From the human T2T-CHM13v2.0 reference genome, Homo sapiens, in NCBI RefSeq assembly GCF_009914755.1, contig NC_060927.1: a stretch of 64,000 nt of DNA. One strand, 5' to 3'. A program made the position numbers and the translations under genes. The first letter of the stretch is position 1. Every line of letters begins with the position of its first letter. A model generated the notes under the pieces. It was not told the origin of the DNA, made no database searches, and saw nothing but the letters and a program-made list of their open reading frames with translations. Positions 13,101 through 27,164 of this stretch are shown here, one piece after another.

Positions 13101-14544
13101 AAATCATTGGCATCAATATTGGCCTAATGGAAAACTTGCCTTGCCTTCTCTAAGACCAGTGCTTGTGATATTATGTTATTATTCTCACATTATTATGATA
13201 ATCCCTAAACACTGGGAAGTCTCTGTCCTTGAATCTATTTCCTCCTCTAAATATGAAGGCAAGGATTTCAGCTCCACCATTTTACAGGGAAATTGGGATA
13301 GTTACAATGCAATATCAGCGTGAATGATTTGTCAACTATAAGACCATCTATACATTAGGATTCAGAGGCAAGGATCCTTAATCAATAGGACTTTATAGGC
13401 ACTTGGTAGTACCAGGATATGCACATCTTGCTATAAGTGGATGCAGCCAAGAATGACCCAGTCAGCAGCTACTGTCCTGTCTTACTGAACAACCATCAAA
13501 ACCTGATTTGCCATCAGAAATGAGTCACCAGGCAGGGGCTGGAAGGGGCAGGGTCCTAGAGACCTCTTAGACATGTCACATGGGGACAACAGGCAGGAAA
13601 GGGTCCCTCAGCAAGTAATATAAAAGCATCTGGCTAGAGTATGGCATTAAGGGCAGTTAAAGGCAGGCAGCAGGGGCCACCCAGGCTAGGATGGACGTTA
13701 GGGAGTTCCAAGTGGGGACATTGAGAAGGTGATGTATTCAGTCTGGAGAACAGCAGTAAGAATGGATATGAATGTTCACATTCTGATTCTAAGAAGACAT
13801 GACTGTAGGGATCAGGTATAACTGGATTGGTGCACGGGGTAGACACTGGGAAGGAAGCTCAAACAAAGGCAGGCATCATGGAACAAGATTAGGGCCCTGA
13901 GATACAAGGCGATGGTTTAGACACAGAAAATAAGGTTAGAGATATAGTCCTCAAACCTGAGTTTCAGACTAGAATGTAAACAGCAAGTCCTGCAAGGCTG
14001 AAAAATAGGGAAACTGCTTGGAACTTGACGGATACAGAGCAAAGATAAGCCTGAGACTTAAGTGGAAGTAGTTGAAAAAGAGCTATGAGGATAATTTGGC
14101 CAAGGGTGGGCTTTCAAACATCATGTATTTCTGGATAAATAATCACATAGCATAATCCTTGGCTGGAATAGCAGGGGCAGGTTCTACAGTGGCTGGGTGG
14201 TCAGTGCCAGAATAACAGGGTAGAGTGAGTCTGGACAAGTTTAGCTAAGTTAGACTTGCTACAGACACTGGCCCCAAAGAGGGCAAGACAGACACCCCAG
14301 TGGGCCAGAGTTGGTGCCAACAAGGACTCATTGGGGTCTGAGGTTTTTGTTTTTGTCATGAAGCTCTGGTCCTGCCCCTGGGGCAACCTTCCTCCAGGGA
14401 CCTCAGGCCTGGGGTAGCTGAAGATGTTGAGTCTCCTGGAGAAGATGCATCCCCCTAGTCTAGCAGGAGCCTTTACTTTCCAGTACTCATGTCGTGGGCA
14501 TGTTCCTCAAGGCCTGGATCTCTCTCTTAGGGCCAATGGCTAGT

Positions 14545-15212
14545 TGTTACCTAATATTCACTCTCCCTTTCCTTAATAACGAACCCTGATTTTGTTGGGG
14601 CTGATGGTATTGCTGACATTTAAAACAACACAACACACATTGCCAAGTTTTCTTAATGGATAGGAGTGGCTGTGTGATGTTCTGATAAATCAGGTATAAG
14701 CTGAAGATGATGGGAGAAGGATTTCCTGAACACTGGAAGTTGTTGAGTAGTGTGCTTCTAGGAATGTGCCTTAAAGGGAGAGATGACTCCCTGCACATGT
14801 GCCCTTTTACAAGTTCCTCTTTACCCCTTATCTTTCTCCTTCCCTCTTCTCCTTTCTCCCAACCAAGTACTAACCAGACCCAACCCCGCTTAGCTCCTGA
14901 GATCAGAAAAGATCGGGTGTGTTCAGGGTAGCATGGCCATGGACTCTCCTTTCTCTTTTCCTCCTCTTCCTTCTTCTTTCTTCCTGCTTCTTTTCTGGAA
15001 TTTTGATATGATTGCCAGAGCTACACTAACTATTTCATAACCATGAGGCAACCCTGAGGTTAGAAACCATGCTCTAAGGATTGTAGAGCATCAGCAACAA
15101 CAGCCCTACATGCCAACCACCAGAATTCACATAAGGGAATAAGTTCGTTTTATTGAAGTGACCGTAGTTGGGTACCTGTACTTTGCAACTGAACCTAATC
15201 CTGATTAATACA
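14545..15212 (+). mobile_element. Old MaLR LTR (MLT1I/J/K-like), interrupted by the 5S retrocopy
   Basis: TAACGAACCCTGATTTTGTT start, CCATGAGG...CATGCTCTAAGGAT middle, GCAACTGAACCTAATCCTGATTAATACA end. Confidence 0.6.
14855..14944 (-). pseudogene. 5S rRNA retropseudogene, 3'-truncated at ~nt 89-90, no poly-A (tailless)
   Basis: Reverse complement reads GTCCATGGCCATGCTACCCTGAACACACCCGATCTTTTCTGATCTCAGGAGCTAAGCGGGGTTGGGTCTGGTTAGTACTTGGTTGGGAGA, matching 5S nt 1-89; TSD TCTCCTTTCTC 14848-14858 / 14945-14955. Confidence 0.95.
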
Positions 15213-15949
15213 CATATCTTCCAGCTGAACCGCTTATTTCAGGTGGGAGGTTGGATGGAGGGAGGAAGAGTCTCTTTCATTTTAGGAGATCTGTTGCATT
15301 TAGTCCTTATCATCAATGAATAACATGATTTTTAGTGAGGAGTTTCCTGATTCAGTTGTCCTCTCAACTGGTGGGCATTCCAGACTGTCTGGAGGACCTA
15401 GCAATAAGTTTGGAACAAGCAGAAGCAGACACTTGCCCCAGAAGCTCCATCTGGAACTCACCACCTGCCTGCCCATCTCTTGGTTTGGCCAGAGAAGTCT
15501 CTGCTCTAGGGGCCACTCACCTGGGCTCCCATTGAACCTGATGAATTTTCCCATTCTTGCTGAGGTTCCTCCTGATTTAGAATATCTATTTTGAATGGTG
15601 GAGGAATTCTGACAAAAATCCTTCTCTCTGACTCCAAAGTCTGTATTGCATAGTCAGTCTCTTGGTAGAATTTATGTATCAGGAAGGAACATAAATGGGT
15701 GATTTATTTAAATTAAGCACTCATGGTCTACAAAGTGAAACTTTCGGAGGGCCTGATACTTCCTGATCACATCTCTAGATATGGGTCTTCTTGACTTTTG
15801 AAAATTTAGTTCTCTGGCTCTGAATCTATCCCTGCTAGTTCTTTAGCAGGAAAAGTTCTGTTTTTGTGGGGTTAAGGGATGAGGGTGGGAAATAGCATGG
15901 AGCTGCTAAAGTTAAATGACTTCTCCAAACTTATTGCAAGCACTAGGTG

Positions 15950-17200
15950 ACCTGATTGCAGATAAATACACACTGGAAAAACACACCCCTCCTCTCCTTT
16001 AATCCTGAATTAACATAATTAATCATGTATAATGTGTGTTTATAAATTATATTTTTCTGTGAGGCTGTTCTGTATTACCTTTAAGCAGCACCAGCAAACC
16101 CCTTCCAATATTCCATGTCTTCAGATTTTCTTCCTCCCCTTCCCCACCTTGATCTCCCAAGTCCCTAAATCTGTAGAAGACCCATTAAGAAAATCATTTT
16201 CCACCCCACCCCCAACAGCACCACATACCTGGTAATAAATAATATGATCACTGCCTAACAGGCACTCAGAAGAGCCTGGTGATAAATAAAGAGACTTCTC
16301 ATCTCTCCATAGGCTCTGCAGCTAGGGCTGGCAGAGGAGAGTTCGCTATTAAAGAACTCACATAGCCACAGGCAAATTCTCTTACCCGCTTCTCCTTGTG
16401 GAGACCTTTTCTTAAAAGCTGAGATTGCTCTGATGGTTCAAGGTGCTATTGAGCTCTAACCAGGGACAATTACAAGACTCCAGTCGCAGCATCTGAGGCG
16501 ATGCTTGTGCCTGATAAGGTTGCTGGAGAATAATGCGAAGGAGAGAGGCCTGATAATGGATTGCTGAAAGGATGGGATGAGGCATCTTTGCCCAGAGCCT
16601 AAAGACAGAGCAGCTGCTGTTGCAGAAAGGCCTCCCCCTACCCCACCCTCAAATTGTTTTACATTTTTATTGCATTAAAAAAACACCCTCTAAACATGCA
16701 CTTCAGAAATGATTTTTCCCCCTAGCTCCAAGCTAGTAACACTCCTCACCAACTGATTTTATACCATGAGAGATTTTGAGAATAATTCTTCCTTTCTCAT
16801 TCATTTTTTCCCTCCTGTTTTGTATTGAGAAAACCAGAGATGGAACAATCGTTGTATTTTGTCTCCTCCCTTTCTCTGGTTGCATGGTTGCTTCATATAA
16901 TTTTCCACCCTACCTTATTCTTTGGCTTTAAAAATCTTTTGCAAAAGCAAAAAACCCATAGCGATTTTAAAATGGTATTTTCTTTTTTCTTTTCATTTTC
17001 CTGCCTGTTGTCTGTTGTCTTTGGAATCTCTCTCTCTCTCTGCTCGAATTTGATGAGAGGGAATTTCCCAGGTTTAGCCAAATACAGAAATGCAAGCCAC
17101 TTTGTGCAAATTGTGTACAAGCACTATTTAAGAGACAAAATATATGAATTCTGTCCAAAGACACGTTATCTTAAAGCAACCTGAAAACTGCAGGAGCAGG
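15950..17200. promoter_or_regulatory. TE-free block, candidate conserved non-coding element or enhancer
   Basis: No recognisable repeat over >1 kb; homeodomain cores TAATCC 16000 and TAATTAAT 16016, several GATAA motifs, perfect kB-type GGGAATTTCCC 17059-17069. Confidence 0.35.
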
Positions 17201-20200
17201 GATGTAGGAGAAATTTTATTAGCTTGAATTTCTCAGTGTGACTAGAAGCCTACATTTCCCACTGGGTACAGGTGGAGCCAGAGGATTAGGTACAGTGGAA
17301 TGTTTTGGAGGCTGGGCTTTGGGGTGAGAGTGCAGCATCAGCCATGTGCTTCTTTTACCCATTGTTTGAAGCCATTTCTATGAGTGAATCACACTAAGAA
17401 GAATATCAGCTCAGATACAGCAGATGTACAAGAACTAGTTGCTGAACTCTAAGAGCATAAGTTTGGGCCAAAATTAGCAATAATGGATTAATAAAACAAA
17501 AGAGTACAACAGGGCTATGTGGTACAGGTGCCAGGTGCTGATGGCTTCCACAGTACCAACGAAATGATGAGGGTTTTGGCAGTCAGGGCCATCATTGAGG
17601 ACAAGGTGAGATTTAGCTGGGTCTTGAAGGATTAAGAGATCTGTACTTGACCACGGGCTTCCAGAGAGAAGGGAGTACCTCTAGTACTCCCTCTAGGGCT
17701 GTCTGCACGACTTTAGGTAAGGCCAGGAGCCCACTACTACAGCATGGGTCACACACTATGAAGTTGGCCCTGCCTGGCACCTTCACAGACTACTGCTTCA
17801 GTGTGTCGAGGGAGGGTCCAGAAGGGTCGTTTTGCTCACTTTGTACAATGAGCTTAGCATAGATTCAACCAACTGCGATCCCAACACAAGGTGAGTGCAA
17901 GGCTAAAATGTTCAGGTGATTCCAATTTAAAGCATTCTGTAGTATTATTGCCTATTGTTTAACAATGTTTCACTATTCTGTTGTTGTTCTGAAAGCATGG
18001 ACATCAAATACACAAAATATGTTCAAAAATTTTTGGCTCTTCTATTTCAGTGCAAAGAGTATGTCTTGGATTGATGTCCCAGGGGATGTGAGGGATGCTG
18101 AACGCTGCCCTGGCCTTCAAGGAATGGTGATGTACATCCATTCATCACAGCAGGCTCAGAAGCACCACTCCACAGGATGCTTTGTCAGGCATCAGAGGGT
18201 CCAATCTTAAATACCTCAACACAACTAAATGGACTTCTCAACCATAATTTGTGGATCACACCTGTGACATTTGCAGGCACAGGCTTAATATTCAGGAGTT
18301 TAGTAATTTAACAGTGACCCAAAGATGCATAAAATGTTTCAGTAAAATCTTTTTGCTGAGGCACAAATATGAACCAGAAGCTGCAGACTGGGGCACAGGA
18401 ATGAGGCACTTATTCTGGCCACTTATGTGAGCTGCAAGTACCTTTCATTGTGGCATTGGAGCTTTCCATTCATGTTAACTGTGTAGTTATGGGACTAATT
18501 CTATGGTGCAGCAATATTTATAAGGTGGGAGATCCAAGAGGGACTTAGAATTTACTCCTCTAAAAGGCTAAGGGATGAATGTGAGTGAAACTTTTCACTG
18601 ATTCAGACCGGTATTTTCCTAATTAGTTTGGGCTGAATTTCTCATTCTGTATCTCTATTTTTATGCCCTGGTTCCCCATTGCACCTCTTGGCTTGTACTT
18701 TCTCACTGTTTCTCACATTCCTCATTCCTGAGGAACCTGAAATCTTTCAACATAAGTCCTGTGTCTATGTCCTTTCCCATGTTGGTGGTGGGAGTTAGTT
18801 TTTGTATGTGCCGAGGAAATATATACGTCTAACAGAAGTTATTAGCACAATTTGTGCTTGTATGAAAGTATTCGTAAAAAAAAAAAAAGATATTGCTTGT
18901 AAGTCAATTAAACATTTGTGGCCTAAAGTAGTGAATGCTAACGTGAAAAGACAGGATTTCTAAATTCTATGACATTTCTAGGTTTTCAAAAAAGATTTAC
19001 AAATTGCTATTTATCAAAGAACTTATTTTAAAGATCCATAGTCCTTAGAGCTAGAAAACCCCAGGAATTTCACAGTGATCATCTCAGCAAGCCCCAACTC
19101 TATGCATCAAATGGCTCTGAGACCCCCTATTTTGTTCCTCAAAGGTCTTTAGATGAAGCCTTCAGCATGAAGGACAATGTCAGGACTAGACAGTCATGAG
19201 ACCTAGGTTATTCAAGGGAGAATAAGCAGCTGCTTTTCCCATGGAGACATTTGCTGTGTGTTCTTGAAGAACTTTTGAATACCAATAACATTCCCTCTCC
19301 ACACAGCCCCTACGTGAAGAGGGTTTCTCAGAGTTCCACAGCATCCATCAAAAAAGCCATGGCTCCTTTCAAAAGTGTGTACGTGCTAAAAGCCCTCACC
19401 AATTCAAGAGTTTAGTGTAAGAAAAGTCTCTCATGTCTTTTTTTTTTTTTAAAGGCAAGTAAGGAAAAAAAACCTCTCAATTTTCTAGAGTTTTAAAACT
19501 TATTTTTTAAATTAAAATTTTAAGCTGAGGATTTACAAATCGGCTATTAACTTTTAAGAGTTTCATTATGGTTTTTAAAAATCATAATTACTTGAGGTAG
19601 GGGAGAGGAGGTGTCTACTTTATTCCTAATGGAAACTATACATATAGATGAAGGGTCTATATAAAAAAATGGGAGCCATGATTATACTAATACTGTCTAA
19701 CTGATATTCAATAACTCACCCTTCTATTTCCCATTGTCCATATTTAAATACTTCAAAAAGAATTCTAATCAAGTGGAAATTAATAGGGGAGGAAAGACTG
19801 GGGCTGGCAGGAGAAGGTTCTAATCCCACTATCTCTTAATATTTCAAAGTCTCTTTTATTTTCTTAATAAAAAGGCAAGAGAAAGAGAGAGAGAGAGAGA
19901 AAAGGGAATTAATCCAGTGCTCTGAACTGTCCTCTCATCTTAATGCTTTAAATAAATTCTAAGAGAATATTATACATGAGAAGGCTATATATGGCCAATG
20001 GCTGGGCTTTCCTTTTGCTTCTCAACTTTTTTTCCTGTCTTTTCTTCTTCCTTCTCTTTATTCTACCTATCTTCTCTCTGTCTTCTTCCCTCCATTCCCA
20101 AGATCTTCAAAACCCAGTGATCAAAGCTGTATGTAAAGCCCAAGTTCCCCCTTACCTTTGGCCACATATCTCTCCCTCCTTGCTTTCTTTCCCATCCCAT

Positions 20201-20384
20201 CACCTCTGGGCACACTTCCTTCAGTAGACCATGTGTCTCCATTTCTTTGTGTTTCTAGACTTGTTTTTCCCTCATTTAACCTATGTCTACTCTCTCCTCT
20301 TGCCCCCAATTCTATTAATTCTTCAAGCCTCACCTTCTCTATGAAATACGTAGCTTCTTAAAATTATAATAAAATATTATAACC

Positions 20385-20595
20385 ATTAATAATTATTGAG
20401 CAATTCCAGGGTTCTAGGCAATTTACTTGCATTGTATCATTTAATTCTTTCTGAAATCCCTAGGAGATTATCCCAACTTCATAGGTGGGGACTGGGACTA
20501 GGAAGAGGTTGAGTCAATTGTCAAAAGTTGCAGGAGTGGGAGAGCTAGAGCAAGGGGTCTAACATCTGCTTCCTTTCTTGCCCCTGAACCGCTAA
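20385..20595 (-). mobile_element. MIR SINE
   Basis: ATTATTGAGC...TCATTTAATTCT...ATTATCCC...GAGGTTGAGT. Confidence 0.65.
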
Positions 20596-20946
20596 TGCAG
20601 TTATAGTCAAATCACAGAGGATTGAGAACTTCAAATTTCTCTAATTAATTCATATAATGCCAATTTTCTTAAGCAAAATGATAAGTCTTGTGACAAGGAC
20701 TATCATATCTTTATATTTGCTTGTATCTCTTGTATCTTGGTTGGGGTAAGTACATAGTAGATTCTCGGTGCCTATTTGATGATAAAGATCTGGTTTCCCC
20801 CTAGGAACTTTATCATTTTCACTGTATTTATGCACCCATTCACCATGCAAACCCAATTTAGGTCTTCTAATGACACATATTATTCTACCTTTCTTCAAAA
20901 TTGAACTAAATGAGTCAATACTGACACATCAGAAAGTTGCTCTCTA

Positions 20947-21712
<766 letters not shown>

Positions 21713-21886
21713 TTATCCTTAATTATAGAAGAGAAATTATATCTCCTATGTATGCATGTTTGAAAGCATTGTTAAAAGTTGCCTATAGAGTCACATAGGC
21801 AGGCAGATTCCCAAAGTACCATGTAAATTTTGAGCAGAAAGATAGAAAAAGAGTATAAATATGTTACCATTTTTTAAAACTGGTCA

Positions 21887-22545
21887 GTGTTTTAGTTCAC
21901 ATTTTCTGGAAAACAAAGGCTGAGGTGAGGATTAAGATAAAGGTTTGTCTTTATGTGAGAGATAAAATCCCAGGCTGGAGAAAGCATAAAGAGAAGCCAG
22001 TCAGGGAAGGAAAGGGGACAGTGCAAGGTGATGCATGACTTCTCCGTCTACTCTCTCACAGGGACCCTAGAAGACACAGAGCAGGTGACCTTTCAGGGAC
22101 ATCTGCACAGCCATGCAGGGCAGCACCAGAAGTTGTGCCTTGCCCAATCTATGAAAGGGAGAAAGGAGAAGAAATTTATCAGTGGATTCCCTGACAATAC
22201 CTGTTTTCAATTGGCCAAATTTCATCCTTTAGATAGATAACCCCCACCACACACATACCCCACCTGTACCCCCACACTTGACTTTCTGGTTGTAAAATCT
22301 GGCTTCCTTGTCCATGTCTGTAGTGTGACATTTCATTAAAGTTACAAGTGATGACAGAGACCAGACATGGTTAGCCTGGTCATACAGCAGCTGCCAAGTC
22401 AGAGGGGCCAGCATTCACAGGCAAGCAACTGGTTGGCCTCAGACAGTGAGAAATGTGGGTTCTGAGTGGGACTGGTAGGCAGAAATAGCAGCTGAGGCAG
22501 AGCAGGTAGCTAAAGGCCTGAAGGTGTTTAAGAAGTGTCCAATAT
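21887..22545 (-). mobile_element. Old ERVL-class LTR (LTR33/LTR41/LTR16-like)
   Basis: TGTTTTAGTTCACATTTTCTGGAAAACAAAGGCTGAGG start resembles ERVL LTR termini; subfamily uncertain. Confidence 0.4.
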
Positions 22546-23664
22546 AGTCAGTTAATAGCAATATTTAACAAGAGCAAATGCTTACACAATCCTAAAAATA
22601 AATGAGACAGAGGCCCCATTTCCCCTTAGTTTGTAATAAATTGTGTGGAGGAGATAAGTGATGTGTGTAAATGTTTTATGTCAAGAGGAAAAATAAAGAG
22701 GGATTGGGAAAAGAACAATCTCGCCATAACTAGGAAAATGTAAAACGGAATACTGTGAGTCTGTTACTTTCTTGGGAATACCAACTAGCCACACTAAAGA
22801 TACTCTAAAAATCAGTTCCAGTACAAGAGTGTCCCACAAAAAGTTAAAGCCAATGGGAGAGTACAGGAATCTAGGTCAGAGGATAAAATAAACATAAAAG
22901 CAATTTAATTGACTTAATATGGCTGAATCTCCTTTTTAAAATGAGCGAATGGGGGAACTTGATGGATTTAATCATAGCTGAAATTCACTGTGTGAATATT
23001 CTAAGTATCTAAAATACTAGATAACCTATTCTGTTATATACTCTTCCCAATTTTCAAATCATTTAGTTATTGGAGAGATATAGTTATAGAAGTAACTCTA
23101 AAAATTTAATTTAGTAAAATGTAATATTATTTATAAAGTGAAACAAGTCTAGAAGGAACAGAAACATAAAAATATTATCAAGTATATCGCTATGGCAGAA
23201 CCAAATGCAACACAATTTTGAGGTATGTCATGAGACACTTCTTTATGAAGATTAAATTTAGAATTAGTGAATTCCCTATATTCTCTCCAGTTCTTTTTTG
23301 ACTTGCTGTAGTCTGCCTTCTCTCTGAAAAAAATAGTTTTATGAAAATTCAGTCAATGAAATTGGTCTGTTGAACTTTAATTTAGCATCATAGTGAGATT
23401 ATGTGTGTTTCGCGAGCAACTATCTCATTCAAGAGGTTGCCCACAGAGTTTGCAGCTAGAGAGGACCTTCAGAGAATCAGGGCAACCCTTCATTTTACAT
23501 CTGAGTAAGCCAAAGTCTAAGGCGTAAAAGATATTCACCCAATGCCTCACAACAAAAAGATGCCTCCAGACTTCTGTCAGTATACATTTAAAATATCTAC
23601 TTTCATGTCTATACACAGGTAGGAAGCATGAATAAAGAGGTTTAAGATTCATTGGAAACAAATA

Positions 23665-24187
23665 TCTCTTACATAATTTATTTATTGTCACATAACAAAT
23701 TACCTCAAAGCTTAGTAGGTTAAAACAATAATCATTTTTCACTCACAATTTCTGTTGGTCAAAAATTCGGGAATAGCTTATGGGTGTGTTCCTGGCTCAA
23801 GGTTTCTCATCTTGCGGTAAAGATACTGAATGGGCCTGCAGTCATCTGAAAAGTTAACCAGGACTAGAGGATTTGCTTCCAAAATGGTTCACTTACATGG
23901 CTGTTATCAGGAAGCCTCAGTTCTTTGTGCCTAGGTCTCTCCATAGAACTGCTTGAGTGTCCTCATGTCATGGTGACTGGTGGCCACCAAAGTAAGTGAT
24001 CCAAGAGCAAGGAGGAAACCACAATGCTTTTTATGACCTGGTCTTGGAAGTCACACACCATCACTTCTGTTACATTCTATTTGTTACACAAGTCAGCCCT
24101 GTTAAATGCAGGAAGGCCCTATGCAAGGGTGGGAGTACCAGGAGAATGAGGATCATTTGGGGGTCCTGGTGGAGGTTGGCTACCACA
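23665..24187 (-). mobile_element. MaLR LTR (MLT1F-like)
   Basis: CATAACAAATTACCTCAAAGCTTAGT...GCAGTCATCTGAA...GGAGGTTGGCTACCACA. Confidence 0.8.
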
Positions 24188-24798
24188 TCTCCTTTAAATC
24201 ACAACCAGAAATTCCTTAAATTTGTTTGGAGACACACTCCAGTGCTTAATAACTATAAATATCAAGAAACCCTAACTTCTCTCTGACTGGTCTGGCTGCC
24301 TTTTCCAAACTACTTTACCATTGACCACTATAGTTGACTCCCACAACAACCTTTGAATATTAAACTAGAGTTGGAATTTGAAGAAGCACGGACACACAGA
24401 GATTAAGTGATTTCTTTAAGGTCACCCAATGGTAGAGCAGAGGGTTGGAGACCTCTCCACTGGGTTCATGCCATTTGACTACATTACCCTCTCTCACTTT
24501 CTTGGTTATCTTTCTTCCGTCTGATCACTACTGATCATTCAGTAAAATTCTATCTCATGGCTTACATTTTTTCTCTCTGTCTCACCTGACAGCATCCTAG
24601 ATTTCATCGTCCAAGTGGGTGAATCCAGTCATTATGCTGGACTCATTATGCTCGATCTTCACATCACCAGTGATCTTCTTGCCACCCTAGTTATCCACAT
24701 TTATCATTCCATGGACTCTGTTGTACTGCTCTGCCTCCAGATTCACCAGTTTAATCATCAACTTTCTAACTACAATCTTGTCTCCTTTCATTGCTACC

Positions 24799-25220
24799 TG
24801 TGATAACTAACTTTATACGTCAACTTGACTAAGTTTTGGTGCCCAGTTGTTTGGTCAAACACCAGCCTAGATATTGCTGTGAAAGTATTTTTCAGATGGG
24901 ATTAAAATTTAAATCAGTAGACTTTGAGTAGATTACCCACCATAATGTGGGTGGGCTTCATCCAATCAGTTGAAGGCTTTAACAGCAAAGACTGAGGTCC
25001 CCCAAAGAAGAAGGAATTAAGCCTCCAGACCATAACATAGAAATTCTGCCTCAGTTTCCAGTCTTTTAACTCAAGACTGCAACATCAACTCTTACCTGAA
25101 TTTCCAGCCTGTAAGCCTGTCCTGCAGATTTTGGACTCACAATTATGTGAGACAATTTCTTTAAGTCTCTGTCCATCTCTGACTGTCTGTCTCTGGCTCT
25201 CTCTCTTTCTTCCTTTTCAA
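24799..25220 (+). mobile_element. ERVL LTR (MLT2B/D-like)
   Basis: TGTGATAACTAACTTTATACGTCAACTTGACT...GGGTGGGCTTCATCCAATCAGTTGAAGGC. Confidence 0.8.
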
Positions 25221-25376
25221 CCTCACAGGGTCCTCTATATTGAATCATATATTTTTTCCAATATATCAATAATCTTCCTTTATTTTCCTCCTTTGCCAGC
25301 TTAGATATCATGGTCCTTCATGCAATAACACTGTTTCAAAGAGACTGTCTTGTACAGTGGAAAAAATGTTCAAATA

Positions 25377-25777
25377 CCATCAGCACCCCATACCTGTGGG
25401 TTCTGTATCTTTGGGTTCAATCACTGACCAAAATTATTCAAAGAAAAGTGAACACTTCCATCTGTACTGGACATGTAAAGACTTTTTCTTGTCATTATTC
25501 TCTAAACAATACAGTATTAACAACTATTTACATAGCATTTACATTATACTAGGTATTATAAGTAATCTAGAGATTTAAAGTATATCAACTATTTACATAG
25601 CATTTACATTACATTAGGTATCATAAGTAATCTAGAGATGATTTGAAGTATATGGAAGGATGTGTGTAAATGATATGCCAATACTACACCATTTCATATA
25701 AGGGTCTTGAGCATCCATGAATTTTGGTACCTATGGGGGGTCTTGTCACTAATCCTGCATGATACCAAGGATGATTA
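25377..25777. mobile_element. MER2 (TcMar-Tigger) with an internal ~65-bp tandem duplication
   Basis: AACAACTATTTACATAGCATTTACATT...TAAGTAATCTAGAGATGATTT...TTGAGCATCC; segment 25521-25585 repeated at 25586-25653. Confidence 0.85.
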
Positions 25778-27164
25778 TATTTGTTACCTATCTACCACGT
25801 GCTAGTCATGGGGGATACATAATTTTTAAAAAAGAAAGGAAGAAACCACTTCATAACTCTCCAACAAAAACCTGACCTCCATGAAGCCAAGTATTTATTT
25901 TCTTTACACCTGCTAGAGGAAGTCACTTAATAGAGCAGATTGGTACCACCCCATCAAAACAGGCCCCCACCTGCTGGCAGTTGTACGATAGTTCTCTGAT
26001 AATTTGTTCGCTCATGCTCTTCGACTACAGTATTTTCAACCATTGCTACTCCCCACAAACCTTCAATCCACCTATTTTTTCTCCCACTCTCAGAAGATGA
26101 TCTTGTCTTTTATTTTGCAAAGAAGTTAAAAATTATTTGTCAATACTTCTTTATTTTCCACCTTCTAAACTCATAAGTCTGTCTTTATCTGCACCCATTC
26201 CCTCCCCTCCAAAGAAAGAGACAAGTTGCTTCTATTGCTTAATTTTTTTCATTAAAAAATGTAAGTTTTATCCATATTTCTTTTAGATGCTACTTTCTTG
26301 CCTCTCTTTTAATATTTGTATGATTGGGGTGACAGTTATCAATTGACGGACAGCAGAAGTTGAGACGAGGAACTGTGAAGCTAGGTTGTTGGACAGATGA
26401 AGATTCCAAATGTTGGGATCTCCCCAGGTATCAGCAAGAGTGAAAGAGGAGAGGATTACTAAGAGCCTAATGCCAGTCTTAAGAGAGTGAAAGGAAATGA
26501 CTGAATGGTTAATAATACATGACTGGGTTGAGAAAGGTTAACAAGACTAAATAGGGCAAAAGCCTCAAAGGAAGATCTTTTATCAGAGAGTGAAAGATGA
26601 AAGATTTAGAGAGTAGTGCAACATGAACTGAATGCTAACATTCCTCTTCTGGCTTTATGGAGAGTTGGTAAGTTGCCCGCTGTGACTCCCAGGGCAAAGG
26701 AGAGAAAGGGAGAATGTAGTAAGTGGAACACAGTGAAAAGTTCCAGGAGATAGTCAAGGAATTAGAAGTGAGGAATTACAGAACAGTGGATGAGGTTGGG
26801 AAATCGGACTGCTGTCTTTCAGTGCCAATTGGCTGAATGTTCTGACGGTGGCCTCAATGATTATGACACCAGATCTGGCTGATAATCCCAGATGCACAGC
26901 CTAGCCCAGAAAGGTAGTGAAAGCTCTTTCTCAAGGTGTGGGAGTGGAGAGAATCTGTTTAAGGCAAGTGATGTAGGATTTGCTTGCTGGGAAAGGACTT
27001 GTTTTCGTTCACTTCACAGGAGAGAGGCTAACTTGGCAGGTTATTTCCAAGTGTTTATTCAAATCATAGTTCTGAATTATATCTTCAGTGGCATTAGGCT
27101 GCTTCTAGTGACTCCCCTTCATATGCAAATTCCCCCCTTAAAAAAGGAAGTTATCTGTGTCCAA

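Noticed and set aside
16825-17184. 119-aa hydrophobic ORF
   Set aside because: Hydrophobicity derives from T-rich low-complexity DNA; non-ATG start
18844-18888. 15-bp palindrome AGCACAATTTGTGCT followed by an A13 run, as a retroposed small RNA
   Set aside because: No TSD and no recognisable RNA family
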